From positions 9,412,564 through 9,476,563 of the forward strand of contig CM082585.2 in assembly GCA_040954595.2 (NCBI GenBank): DNA of 64,000 bases. Reading direction: 5' to 3'. This DNA is from Balanoglossus misakiensis (taxonomy: Eukaryota; Animalia; Hemichordata). Below, piece by piece: positions 1-13,240 of this stretch; within the stretch, counting starts at the first letter, position 1, and each line of letters begins with the position of its first letter. A program made the translations under genes and the position numbers. The notes under the pieces were generated by a model. That model searched no databases. It had not been told where the DNA came from and saw only the letters and a list, made by a program, of their open reading frames with translations.

Positions 1-3000
1 TTGCGAATTTTCAAAATTTGGTCATTTTTTGAAAAAACCATGGGTTATAGCTCAGGAAAATGTTGAAAAATCGACGATTTTTCGACTTTGCGAATTTTCA
101 AAATTTGGTCATTTTTTGAAAAAACCATGGGTTATAGCTCAGGAAAATGTTGAAAAATCGACGATTTTTCGACTTTGCGAATTTTCAAAATTTGGTCATT
201 TTTTGAAAAAACCATGGGTTATAGCTCAGGAAAATGTTGAAAAATCGACGATTTTTCGACTTTGCGAATTTTCAAAATTTGGTCATTTTTTGAAAAAACC
301 ATGGGTTATAGCTCAGGAAAATGTTGAAAAATCGACGATTTTTCGACTTTGCGAATTTTCAAAATTTGGTCATTTTTTGAAAAAACCATGGGTTATAGCT
401 CAGGAAAATGTTGAAAAATCGACGATTTTTCGACTTTGCGAATTTTCAAAATTTGGTCATTTGTTGAAAAAACCATGGGTTATAGCTCAGGAAAATGTTG
501 AAAAATCGACGATTTTTCGACTTTGCGTATTTTCAAAATTTGGTCATTTTTTGAAAAAAACCATGGGTTATAGCTCAGGAAAATGTTGGAAAATCGACGA
601 TTTTTCGACTTTGCGAATTTTCAAAATTTGGTCATTTTTTGAAAAAACCATGGGTTATAGCTCAGGAAAATGTTGGAAAATCGACGATTTTTCGACTTTG
701 CGAATTTTCAAAATTTGGTCATTTTTTGAAAAAACCATGGGTTATAGCTCAGGAAAATGTTGGAAAATCGACGATTTTTCGACTTTGCGTATTTTCAAAA
801 TTTGGTCATTTTTTGTAAAAAACCATGGGTTATAGCTCAGGAAAATGTTGAAAAATCGACGATTTTTCGACTTTGCGAATTTTCAAAATTTGGTCATTTT
901 TTGAAAAAACCATGGGTTATAGCTCAGGAAAATGTTGAAAAATCGACGATTTTTCGACTTTGCGAATTTTCAAAATTTGGTCATTTTTTGAAAAAACCAT
1001 GGGTTATAGCTCAGGAAAATGTTGAAAAATCGACGATTTTTCGACTTTGCGAATTTTCAAAATTTGGTCATTTTTTGAAAAAACCATGGGTTATAGCTCA
1101 GGAAAATGTTGAAAAATCGACGATTTTTCGACTTTGCGAATTTTCAAAATTTGGTCATTTTTTGAAAAAACCATGGGTTATAGCTCAGGAAAATGTTGAA
1201 AAATCGACGATTTTTCGACTTTGCGAATTTTCAAAATTTGGTATTTTTTGAAAAAACCATGGGTTATAGCTCAGGAAAATGTTGAAAAATCGACGATTTT
1301 TCGACTTTGCGAATTTTCAAAATTTGGTCATTTTTTGAAAAAACCATGGGTTATAGCTCAGGAAAATGTTGAAAAATCGACGATTTTTCGACTTTGCGAA
1401 TTTTCAAAATTTGGTCATTTTTTGAAAAAACCATGGGTTATAGCTCAGGAAAATGTTGAAAAATCGACGATTTTTCGACTTTGCGAATTTTCAAAATTTG
1501 GTCATTTTTTGAAAAAAACCATGGGTTATAGCTCAGGAAAATGTTGAAAAATCGACGATTTTTCGACTTTGCGAATTTTCAAAATTTGGTCATTTTTTGA
1601 AAAAACCATGGGTTATAGCTCAGGAAAATGTTGAAAAATCGACGATTTTTCGACTTTGCGTATTTTCAAAATTTGGTCATTTTTTGAAAAAAACCATGGG
1701 TTATAGCTCAGGAAAATGTTGGAAAATCGACGATTTTTCGACTTTGCGAATTTTCAAAATTTGGTCATTTTTTGAAAAAACCATGGGTTATAGCTCAGGA
1801 AAATGTTGGAAAATCGACGATTTTTCGACTTTGCGAATTTTCAAAATTTGGTCATTTTTTGAAAAAACCATGGGTTATAGCTCAGGAAAATGTTGGAAAA
1901 TCGACGATTTTTCGACTTTGCGAATTTTCAAAATTTGGTCATTTTTTGAAAAAACCATGGGTTATAGCTCAGGAAAATGTTGGAAAATCGACGATTTTTC
2001 GACTTTGCGAATTTTCAAAATTTGGTCATTTTTTGAAAAAACCATGGGTTATAGCTCAGGAAAATGTTGGAAAATCGACGATTTTTCGACTTTGCGAATT
2101 TTCAAAATTTGGTCATTTTTTGAAAAAACCATGGGTTATAGCTCAGGAAAATGTTGAAAAATCGACGATTTTTCGACTTTGCGAATTTTCAAAATTTGGT
2201 CATTTTTTGAAAAAAACCATGGGTTATAGCTCAGGAAAATGTTGAAAAATCGACGATTTTTCGACTTTGCGAATTTTCAAAATTTGGTCATTTTTTGAAA
2301 AAACCATGGGTTATAGCTCAGGAAAATGTTGAAAAATCGACGATTTTTCGACTTTGCGAATTTTCAAAATTTGGTCATTTTTTGAAAAAACCATGGGTTA
2401 TAGCTCAGGAAAATGTTGAAAAATCGACGATTTTTCGACTTTGCGAATTTTCAAAATTTGGTCATTTTTTGAAAAAACCATGGGTTATAGCTCAGGAAAA
2501 TGTTGAAAAATCGACGATTTTTCGACTTTGCGAATTTTCAAAATTTGGTCATTTTTTGAAAAAACCATGGGTTATAGCTCAGGAAAATGTTGAAAAATCG
2601 ACGATTTTTCGACTTTGCGAATTTTCAAAATTTGGTCATTTTTTGAAAAAAACCATGGGTTATAGCTCAGGAAAATGTTGAAAAATCGACGATTTTTCGA
2701 CTTTGCGAATTTTCAAAATTTGGTCATTTTTTGAAAAAACCATGGGTTATAGCTCAGGAAAATGTTGAAAAATCGACGATTTTTCGACTTTGCGAATTTT
2801 CAAAATTTGGTCATTTTTTGAAAAAACCATGGGTTATAGCTCAGGAAAATGTTGAAAAATCGACGATTTTTCGACTTTGCGAATTTTCAAAATTTGGTCA
2901 TTTTTTGAAAAAACCATGGGTTATAGCTCAGGAAAATGTTGAAAAATCGACGATTTTTCGACTTTGCGAATTTTCAAAATTTGGTCATTTTTTGAAAAAA

Positions 3001-6000
3001 CCATGGGTTATAGCTCAGGAAAATGTTGAAAAATCGACGATTTTTCGACTTTGCGAATTTTCAAAATTTGGTCATTTTTTGAAAAAACCATGGGTTATAG
3101 CTCAGGAAAATGTTGAAAAATCGACGATTTTTCGACTTTGCGAATTTTCAAAATTTGGTCATTTTTTGAAAAAACCATGGGTTATAGCTCAGGAAAATGT
3201 TGAAAAATCGACGATTTTTCGACTTTGCGAATTTTCAAAATTTGGTCATTTTTTGAAAAAAACCATGGGTTATAGCTCAGGAAAATGTTGAAAAATCGAC
3301 GATTTTTCGACTTTGCGAATTTTCAAAATTTGGTCATTTTTTGAAAAAAACCATGGGTTATAGCTCAGGAAAATGTTGAAAAATCGACGATTTTTCGACT
3401 TTGCGAATTTTCAAAATTTGGTCATTTTTTGAAAAAAACCATGGGTTATAGCTCAGGAAAATGTTGAAAAATCGACGATTTTTCGACTTTGCGAATTTTC
3501 AAAATTTGGTCATTTTTTGAAAAAACCATGGGTTATAGCTCAGGAAAATGTTGAAAAATCGACGATTTTTCGACTTTGCGAATTTTCAAAATTTGGTCAT
3601 TTTTTGAAAAAAACCATGGGTTATAGCTCAGGAAAATGTTGAAAAATCGACGATTTTTCGACTTTGCGAATTTTCAAAATTTGGTCATTTTTTGAAAAAA
3701 ACCATGGGTTATAGCTCAGGAAAATGTTGAAAAATCGACGATTTTTCGACTTTGCGAATTTTCAAAATTTGGTCATTTTTTGAAAAAAACCATGGGTTAT
3801 AGCTCAGGAAAATGTTGAAAAATCGACGATTTTTCGACTTTGCGAATTTTCAAAATTTGGTCATTTTTTGAAAAAAACCATGGGTTATAGCTCAGGAAAA
3901 TGTTGAAAAATCGACGATTTTTCGACTTTGCGAATTTTCAAAATTTGGTCATTTTTTGAAAAAACCATGGGTTATAGCTCAGGAAAATGTTGAAAAATCG
4001 ACGATTTTTCGACTTTGCGAATTTTCAAAATTTGGTCATTTTTTGAAAAAAACCATGGGTTATAGCTCAGGAAAATGTTGAAAAATCGACGATTTTTCGA
4101 CTTTGCGAATTTTCAAAATTTGGTCATTTTTTGAAAAAACCATGGGTTATAGCTCAGGAAAATGTTGAAAAATCGACGATTTTTCGACTTTGCGAATTTT
4201 CAAAATTTGGTCATTTTTTGAAAAAACCATGGGTTATAGCTCAGGAAAATGTTGAAAAATCGACGATTTTTCGACTTTGCGAATTTTCAAAATTTGGTCA
4301 TTTTTTGAAAAAACCATGGGTTATAGCTCAGGAAAATGTTGAAAAATCGACGATTTTTCGACTTTGCGAATTTTCAAAATTTGGTCATTTTTTGAAAAAA
4401 CCATGGGTTATAGCTCAGGAAAATGTTGAAAAATCGACGATTTTTCGACTTTGCGAATTTTCAAAATTTGGTCATTTTTTGAAAAAACCATGGGTTATAG
4501 CTCAGGAAAATGTTGAAAAATCGACGATTTTTCGACTTTGCGAATTTTCAAAATTTGGTCATTTTTTGAAAAAACCATGGGTTATAGCTCAGGAAAATGT
4601 TGAAAAATCGACGATTTTTCGACTTTGCGAATTTTCAAAATTTGGTCATTTTTTGAAAAAACCATGGGTTATAGCTCAGGAAAATGTTGAAAAATCGACG
4701 ATTTTTCGACTTTGCGAATTTTCAAAATTTGGTCATTTTTTGAAAAAACCATGGGTTATAGCTCAGGAAAATGTTGAAAAATCGACGATTTTTCGACTTT
4801 GCGAATTTTCAAAATTTGGTCATTTTTTGAAAAAACCATGGGTTATAGCTCAGGAAAATGTTGAAAAATCGACGATTTTTCGACTTTGCGAATTTTCAAA
4901 ATTTGGTCATTTTTTGAAAAAACCATGGGTTATAGCTCAGGAAAATGTTGAAAAATCGACGATTTTTCGACTTTGCGAATTTTCAAAATTTGGTCATTTT
5001 TTGAAAAAAACCATGGGTTATAGCTCAGGAAAATGTTGAAAAATCGACGATTTTTCGACTTTGCGAATTTTCAAAATTTGGTCATTTTTTGAAAAAAACC
5101 ATGGGTTATAGCTCAGGAAAATGTTGAAAAATCGACGATTTTTCGACTTTGCGAATTTTCAAAATTTGGTCATTTTTTGAAAAAAACCATGGGTTATAGC
5201 TCAGGAAAATGTTGAAAAATCGACGATTTTTCGACTTTGCGAATTTTCAAAATTTGGTCATTTTTTGAAAAAACCATGGGTTATAGCTCAGGAAAATGTT
5301 GAAAAATCGACGATTTTTCGACTTCGCGAATTTTCAAAATTTGGTCATTTTTTGAAAAAACCATGGGTTATAGCTCAGGAAAATGTTGAAAAATCGACGA
5401 TTTTTCGACTTTGCGAATTTTCAAAATTTGGTCATTTTTTGAAAAAACCATGGGTTATAGCTCAGGAAAATGTTGAAAAATCGACGATTTTTCGACTTTG
5501 CGAATTTTCAAAATTTGGTCATTTTTTGAAAAAACCATGGGTTATAGCTCAGGAAAATGTTGAAAAATCGACGATTTTTCGACTTTGCGAATTTTCAAAA
5601 TTTGGTCATTTTTTGAAAAAACCATGGGTTATAGCTCAGGAAAATGTTGAAAAATCGACGATTTTTCGACTTTGCGAATTTTCAAAATTTGGTCATTTTT
5701 TGAAAAAAACCATGGGTTATAGCTCAGGAAAATGTTGAAAAATCGACGATTTTTCGACTTTGCGAATTTTCAAAATTTGGTCATTTTTTGAAAAAAACCA
5801 TGGGTTATAGCTCAGGAAAATGTTGAAAAATCGACGATTTTTCGACTTTGCGAATTTTCAAAATTTGGTCATTTTTTGAAAAAAACTATGGGTTATAGCT
5901 CAGGAAAATGTTGAAAAATCGACGATTTTTCGACTTTGCGAATTTTCAAAATTTGGTCATTTTTTGAAAAAAACCATGGGTTATAGCTCAGGAAAATGTT

Positions 6001-9000
6001 GAAAAATCGACGATTTTTCGACTTTGCGAATTTTCAAAATTTGGTCATTTTTTGAAAAAAACCATGGGTTATAGCTCAGGAAAATGTTGAAAAATCGACG
6101 ATTTTTCGACTTTGCGAATTTTCAAAATTTGGTCATTTTTTGAAAAAACCATGGGTTATAGCTCAGGAAAATGTTGAAAAATCGACGATTTTTCGACTTT
6201 GCGAATTTTCAAAATTTGGTCATTTTTTGAAAAAACCATGGGTTATAGCTCAGGAAAATGTTGAAAAATCGACGATTTTTCGACTTCGCGAATTTTCAAA
6301 ATTTGGTCATTTTTTGAAAAAACCATGGGTTATAGCTCAGGAAAATGTTGAAAAATCGACGATTTTTCGACTTCGCGAATTTTCAAAATTTGGTCATTTT
6401 TTGAAAAAACCATGGGTTATAGCTCAGGAAAATGTTGAAAAATCGACGATTTTTCGACTTCGCGAATTTTCAAAATTTGGTCATTTTTTGAAAAAACCAT
6501 GGGTTATAGCTCAGGAAAATGTTGAAAAATCGACGATTTTTCGACTTCGCGAATTTTCAAAATTTGGTCATTTTTTGAAAAAACCATGGGTTATAGCTCA
6601 GGAAAATGTTGAAAAATCGACGATTTTTCGACTTTGCGAATTTTCAAAATTTGGTCATTTTTTGAAAAAACCATGGGTTATAGCTCAGGAAAATGTTGAA
6701 AAATCGACGATTTTTCGACTTTGCGAATTTTCAAAATTTGGTCATTTTTTGAAAAAACCATGGGTTATAGCTCAGGAAAATGTTGAAAAATCGACGATTT
6801 TTCGACTTTGCGAATTTTCAAAATTTGGTCATTTTTTGAAAAAACCATGGGTTATAGCTCAGGAAAATGTTGAAAAATCGACGATTTTTCGACTTTGCGA
6901 ATTTTCAAAATTTGGTCATTTTTTGAAAAAACCATGGGTTATAGCTCAGGAAAATGTTGAAAAATCGACGATTTTTCGACTTTGCGAATTTTCAAAATTT
7001 GGTCATTTTTTGAAAAAACCATGGGTTATAGCTCAGGAAAATGTTGAAAAATCGACGATTTTTCGACTTTGCGAATTTTCAAAATTTGGTCATTTTTTGA
7101 AAAAACCATGGGTTATAGCTCAGGAAAATGTTGAAAAATCGACGATTTTTCGACTTTGCGAATTTTCAAAATTTGGTCATTTTTTGAAAAAACCATGGGT
7201 TATAGCTCAGGAAAATGTTGAAAAATCGACGATTTTTCGACTTTGCGAATTTTCAAAATTTGGTCATTTTTTGAAAAAACCATGGGTTATAGCTCAGGAA
7301 AATGTTGAAAAATCGACGATTTTTCGACTTTGCGTATTTTCAAAATTTGGTCATTTTTTGAAAAAAACCATGGGTTATAGCTCAGGAAAATGTTGAAAAA
7401 TCGACGATTTTTCGACTTTGCGAATTTTCAAAATTTGGTCATTTTTTGAAAAAACCATGGGTTATAGCTCAGGAAAATGTTGAAAAATCGACGATTTTTC
7501 GACTTTGCGAATTTTCAAAATTTGGTCATTTTTTGAAAAAACCATGGGTTATAGCTCAGGAAAATGTTGAAAAATCGACGATTTTTCGACTTTGCGAATT
7601 TTCAAAATTTGGTCATTTTTTGAAAAAACCATGGGTTATAGCTCAGGAAAATGTTGAAAAATGACGATTTTTCGACTTTGCGAATTTTCAAAATTTGGTC
7701 ATTTTTTGAAAAAAACCATGGGTTATAGCTCAGGAAAATGTTGAAAAATCGACGATTTTTCGACTTTGCGAATTTTCAAAATTTGGTCATTTTTTGAAAA
7801 AACCATGGGTTATAGCTCAGGAAAATGTTGAAAAATCGACGATTTTTCGACTTTGCGAATTTTCAAAATTTGGTCATTTTTTGAAAAAACCATGGGTTAT
7901 AGCTCAGGAAAATGTTGAAAAATCGACGATTTTTCGACTTTGCGAATTTTCAAAATTTGGTCATTTTTTGAAAAAACCATGGGTTATAGCTCAGGAAAAT
8001 GTTGAAAAATCGACGATTTTTCGACTTTGCGAATTTTCAAAATTTGGTCATTTTTTAAAAAAACCATGGGTTATAGCTCAGGAAAATGTTGAAAAATCGA
8101 CGATTTTTCGACTTTGCGAATTTTCAAAATTTGGTCATTTTTTGAAAAAACCATGGGTTATAGCTCAGGAAAATGTTGAAAAATCGACGATTTTTCGACT
8201 TTGCGAATTTTCAAAATTTGGTCATTTTTTGAAAAAACCATGGGTTATAGCTCAGGAAAATGTTGAAAAATCGACGATTTTTCGACTTTGCGAATTTTCA
8301 AAATTTGGTCATTTTTTGAAAAAACCATGGGTTATAGCTCAGGAAAATGTTGAAAAATCGACGATTTTTCGACTTTGCGAATTTTCAAAATTTGGTCATT
8401 TTTTGAAAAAACCATGGGTTATAGCTCAGGAAAATGTTGAAAAATCGACGATTTTTCGACTTTGCGAATTTTCAAAATTTGGTCATTTTTTGAAAAAACC
8501 ATGGGTTATAGCTCAGGAAAATGTTGAAAAATCGACGATTTTTCGACTTTGCGAATTTTCAAAATTTGGTCATTTTTTGAAAAAAACCATGGGTTATAGC
8601 TCAGGAAAATGTTGAAAAATCGACGATTTTTCGACTTTGCGAATTTTCAAAATTTGGTCATTTTTTGAAAAAAACCATGGGTTATAGCTCAGGAAAATGT
8701 TGAAAAATCGACGATTTTTCGACTTTGCGAATTTTCAAAATTTGGTCATTTTTTGAAAAAACCATGGGTTATAGCTCAGGAAAATGTTGAAAAATCGACG
8801 ATTTTTCGACTTTGCGAATTTTCAAAATTTGGTCATTTTTTGAAAAAAACCATGGGTTATAGCTCAGGAAAATGTTGAAAAATCGACGATTTTTCGACTT
8901 TGCGAATTTTCAAAATTTGGTCATTTTTTGAAAAAACCATGGGTTATAGCTCAGGAAAATGTTGAAAAATCGACGATTTTTCGACTTTGCGAATTTTCAA

Positions 9001-9112
9001 AATTTGGTCATTTTTTGAAAAAACCATGGGTTATAGCTCAGGAAAATGTTGAAAAATCGACGATTTTTCGACTTTGCGAATTTTCAAAATTTGGTCATTT
9101 TTTGAAAAAAAT
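1..9112. repeat. Tandem satellite A, 87-bp monomer, about 104-105 copies visible, truncated by the window start
   Basis: Monomer CATGGGTTATAGCTCAGGAAAATGTTGAAAAATCGACGATTTTTCGACTTTGCGAATTTTCAAAATTTGGTCATTTTTTGAAAAAAC recurs every 87 nt (CATGGG at 39, 126, ...), or 88 nt where the A-run has 7 A. Very few substitutions. Confidence 0.99.
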
Positions 9113-9288
9113 CATGGGTTATAGCTCATAAAAACTGTCAAAAAATGACCAATTCCCGACTTCCTGACTTTTAGTGATTTTGTCATTTTTGAACATTTTT
9201 CATGGGTTATAGCTCATGAAAATATTTAAAAAATGACAAATTCTCGACTTTGTAAATTTAAACATTTTTGGCATTTTCATATCATATG
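9113..9288. repeat. Two transitional satellite monomers between arrays A and B
   Basis: Monomers at 9113 and 9201 keep CATGGGTTATAGCTCA of A but acquire AAAAAATGAC(A/C)AATTC(T/C)CGACTT of B; the second also has the B-type GGCATTTTCAT...CATATG end. Confidence 0.9.
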
Positions 9289-11117
9289 CATGGGTTACAA
9301 CACATACACGCTCAAAAAATGACAAATTCTCGACTTTGTAAATTTTAACATTTTTGGCATTTTCATGTCATATGCATGGGTTACAACACATTTACGCTCA
9401 AAAAATGACAAATTCTCGACTTTGTAAATGTTAAAATTTTTGGCATTTTAATGTCATATGCATGGGTTATAGCACATACACGCTCAAAAAATGACAAATT
9501 CTCGACTTTGTAAATTTTAACATTTTTGGCATTTTCATGTCATATGCATGGGTTATAGCACATACACGCTCAAAAAATGACAAATTCTCGACTTAGTGAA
9601 TTTTGACATTTTTGGCATTTTCATGTCATATGCATGGGTTATAGCACATACACGCTCAAAAACTGACAAATTCTCGACTTTGTGAATTTTAACATTTTTG
9701 GCATTTTCATGTCACATGCATGGGTTACAACACATTTACGCTCAAAAAATGACAAATTCTCGACTTTGTAAATTTTGACATTTTTGGCATTTTCATGTCA
9801 CATGCATGGGTTACAACACATTTACGCTCAAAAAATGACAAATTCTCGACTTTGTAAATTTTAACATTTTTGGCATTTTCATGTCATATGCATGGGTTAT
9901 AGCACATACACGCTCAAAAAATGACAAATTCTCGACTTAGTGAATTTTGACATTTTTGGCATTTTCATGTCATATGCATGGGTTATAGCACATACACGCT
10001 CAAAAACTGACAAATTCTCGACTTTGTGAATTTTGACAGTTTTGGCATTTTCATGTCACATGCATGGGTTACAACACATTTACGCTCAAAAAATGACAAA
10101 TTCTTGACTTTGTAAATTTTAACATTTTTGGCATTTTCATGTCACATGCATGGGTTACAACACATTTACGCTCAAAAAATGACAAATTCTCGACTTTGTA
10201 AATTTTAACATTTTTGGCATTTTCATGTCACATGCATGGGTTACAACACATTTACGCTCAAAAAATGACAAATTCTCGACTTTGTAAATTTTAACATTTT
10301 TGGCATTTTCATGTCATATACATGGGTTATAGCACATACACGCTCAAAAACTGACAAATTCTCGACTTTGTAAATGTTAAAATTTTTGGCATTTTCATGT
10401 CACATGCATGGGTTACAACACATTTACGCTCAAAAAATGACAAATTCTCGACTTTGTAAATTTTAACATTTTTGGCATTTTCATGTCATATACATGGGTT
10501 ATAGCACATACACGCTCAAAAACTGACAAATTCTCGACTTTGTAAATGTTAAAATTTTTGGCATTTTAATGTCATATGCATGGGTTATAGCACATACACG
10601 CTCAAAAAATGACAAATTCTCGACTTTGTAAATTTTAACATTTTTGGCATTTTCATGTCACATGCATGGGTTACAACACATTTACGCTCAAAAAATGACA
10701 AATTCTCGACTTTGTAAATTTTAACATTTTTGGCATTTTCATGTCATATACATGGGTTATAGCACATACACGCTCAAAAACTGACAAATTCTCGACTTTG
10801 TAAATGTTAAAATTTTTGGCATTTTAATGTCATATGCATGGGTTATAGCACATACACGCTCAAAAAATGACAAATTCTCGACTTTGTAAATTTTAACATT
10901 TTTGGCATTTTAATGTCATATGCATGGGTTATAGCACATACACGCTCAAAAAATGACAAATTCTCGACTTAGTGAATTTTGACAGTTTTGGCAATTTCAT
11001 GTCATATGCATGGGTTACAGCACATACACGCTCAAAAAATGACAAACTCTCGACTTTGTGTGAATGTTGACATTTTAAGCATTGTCATGTCTTATGCATG
11101 AGTTACAGCACATTTAC
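9289..11117. repeat. Tandem satellite B, 86-bp monomer, about 21 copies, homologous to satellite A
   Basis: CATGGG at 9289, 9375, 9461, 9547, 9633 ... (86-nt period). Consensus CATGGGTTATAGCACATACACGCTCAAAAAATGACAAATTCTCGACTTTGTAAATTTTAACATTTTTGGCATTTTCATGTCATATG. The last monomer is degenerate. Confidence 0.97.
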
Positions 11118-11369
11118 CACGAAATTTCCATGTGACAAACCGAAGGCGCAGACCACGTGCATGCACAGGTAATCTTCCACACGCTGGAATATACGCAGAG
11201 ATTTTAAGTGTTTCTCTTAAACTACGTCAAAAATCCCCTCACAATCAGGTTCGGATTGCATTAATGGCGCGTCCGCTGACAAGGTGCTGCCTGTTCCCGC
11301 TAAAGGGTTCCTTGGTAGTTGTCTCATTTGTTCCATGTTCGATGTTCGGACTTGTCCGGGATAGTAGCG

Positions 11370-11445
11370 TGGGCGCCGCCATGTTCCACAATCTGACCTT
11401 TGTCCTTATCAATGACGTAATATTCACGCCCATTGATTGGTCAAG
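11370..11445 (+). promoter_or_regulatory. Candidate promoter of the dioxygenase gene
   Basis: CpG-rich patch with YY1-like GCCGCCATGTT (11375), CRE-like TGACGTAA (11413) and inverted CCAAT box ATTGG (11436), about 120 nt upstream of a candidate ATG at 11565. Confidence 0.45.
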
Positions 11446-11564
11446 TCTGCTATGCACCAAACTTCATCACACCTGTCGACAGATAAACGACTGTTTTACT
11501 CTGCAAAAATCAAGCAAAAAATTATTCTGAACAGCAAAATTATTGTTGCAGGTCATATCCAGGA

Positions 11565-12335
11565 ATGCTATCACTTTTCATTTCAGTAACATACGTATTT
11601 GAAAATATCATCACTATATCTAGGCCCTACTACAGAACTTCTTAAATGATTTAACCATTCCTCTCAATAGCATGGACGACGTTTCAGAGTTTAAATTCAA
11701 TTCAAAATGGTAAACCAATACCCACAACCTGCCAGGGTGTAAAGGTCGCGTAAGGATCGTGAAAATGGTTCTATTAATAGTGGTTCCGCGCTGAAAACTC
11801 CGCATACCTCCATGGCCGAGGGCACTGACCGGTCATATGTTGGGGATTAGGCTACTAGGCAAAGTCGTATTTTTGGCCATTGTTCCAGTTGATAAGTTAC
11901 TTATGTTGTTCTGTGCACTGAAACACGCGTCGAATATCAATTTTGGCCTTGTTTCTGGAAATTTAAATCGAAGACATGTTCCCTGTCTCCCAACCCTATA
12001 AATAATGAATGTGCCTATTATCTGGACGATCTTCGTAAGCAAGCAGTGGTTGCGGATCGGATGATTTTCCTATTGTGACGTAGGAGTATTCTCTTTTTAT
12101 ATACCTGGAGCAAATCATTAAAGTTTATGGGGAGCGGAGGGTGGATGACTTATTGTAGGAGCTTGTTCATCACTTATTAGTGGAGAAAGGGACAGATATT
12201 GTTCTAAATATTTGTATTGATATCACGTGATTTTTTCTGCATCTTTGTACGCAGAACACTGCAGTACGGAGAGTTTGTACAAAATCTTATCCTCAGCTAG
12301 ACACAGTTTTCTTTGGGTTCCGGGGTATAGCCCAA
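11565..12335 (+). CDS. Tentative 5' coding exons of the BBOX-like gene (possible mitochondrial presequence)
   Basis: Exons 11565-11585 (MLSLFIS, donor GTAACA) and 12255-12335 (NTAVRRVCTKSYPQLDTVFFGFRGIAQ, acceptor GCAG, donor GTAAGG) are phase 0 and join in frame to the exon at 13241. No homology support; the first donor is weak. Confidence 0.4.
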
Positions 12336-13240
12336 GTAAGGTCATTCCACAAAGTCTATCATGAGACATGACGTATATATATAAAATATGCGCAGCCCAT
12401 TGTTAAAGAATGAAATGCCCTGTCCATTGTTTTCAATGTCGCAAATGATGATATATGTGTCTTCTAGCCCTCCCCCGAGAATTCAAATGGTTGTGCCCTC
12501 TCTTTACACAAGTTAGCATATATGACATATATGCTGACAGGCGACACTGCTATAACAAAGGTTCCGAGGACGAGTCGTATAGGTTTCACCACTGACTGAG
12601 GAAAGGGTGCGTACATATGAGTCCGTCATGTTTTCGTCCGCCGAGAAGTGTTTCAGGTTGTGCTGTCGAGTGACACGACAGACTGCATTCCGATGTCAAC
12701 ATGGAAAGGCTGGTCCATTCCAAGCCATTTCTCAGCACGGGATAGTTGGGAGGCGGGCCCCTCTACTCCAGCACAGACGTACGCCTATGTGCAGCAGGTT
12801 CATGTCAACTTCGCCATCTGTCCGCCGACAATCCGTACGTAACTATAATTTCTCCTGTTGCTAAAAAACCAAGTATATCTGCCTTTATAAAATACAAGGT
12901 TCGCTGTAAATATGTCATGGCGTGCGTTTCCCCGATTCAATAATTACACGCTACCATATGCTAACCATGGTCGTGTGCCAACTAACTGGTAGCTGTGGGC
13001 GGGGAGTTCTGATGCGTTGAGTTCTGAGTATTCCTCGCGATTCAGGTAATTGACCTTGGGGGTCATGCCAGCGCATACAGATGGAAATTAGATCATTGTT
13101 GCCAAACATTTTGTTGGTAGCTTCATGGCAATATCCAGCAAAAGGTCGGGTGTCCTTGAATCAGACTGTATTTGTGGCCTTTTCATTATATCGAACTGTC
13201 AGGAATTAGGCCATGTCGACCCAGCCTTTATTTTTTGCAG

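Noticed and set aside
29-9131. Long ORFs with the 29-aa repeat KKPWVIAQENVEKSTIFRLCEFSKFGHFL
   Set aside because: 87 nt equals 29 codons with one stop-free frame. The ORFs mostly start at TTG, break at homopolymer indels and show no synonymous-site pattern, so they are satellite artefacts.
1-11117. CRISPR-like array
   Set aside because: No unique spacers, no cas genes, and a spliceosomal-intron eukaryotic context.
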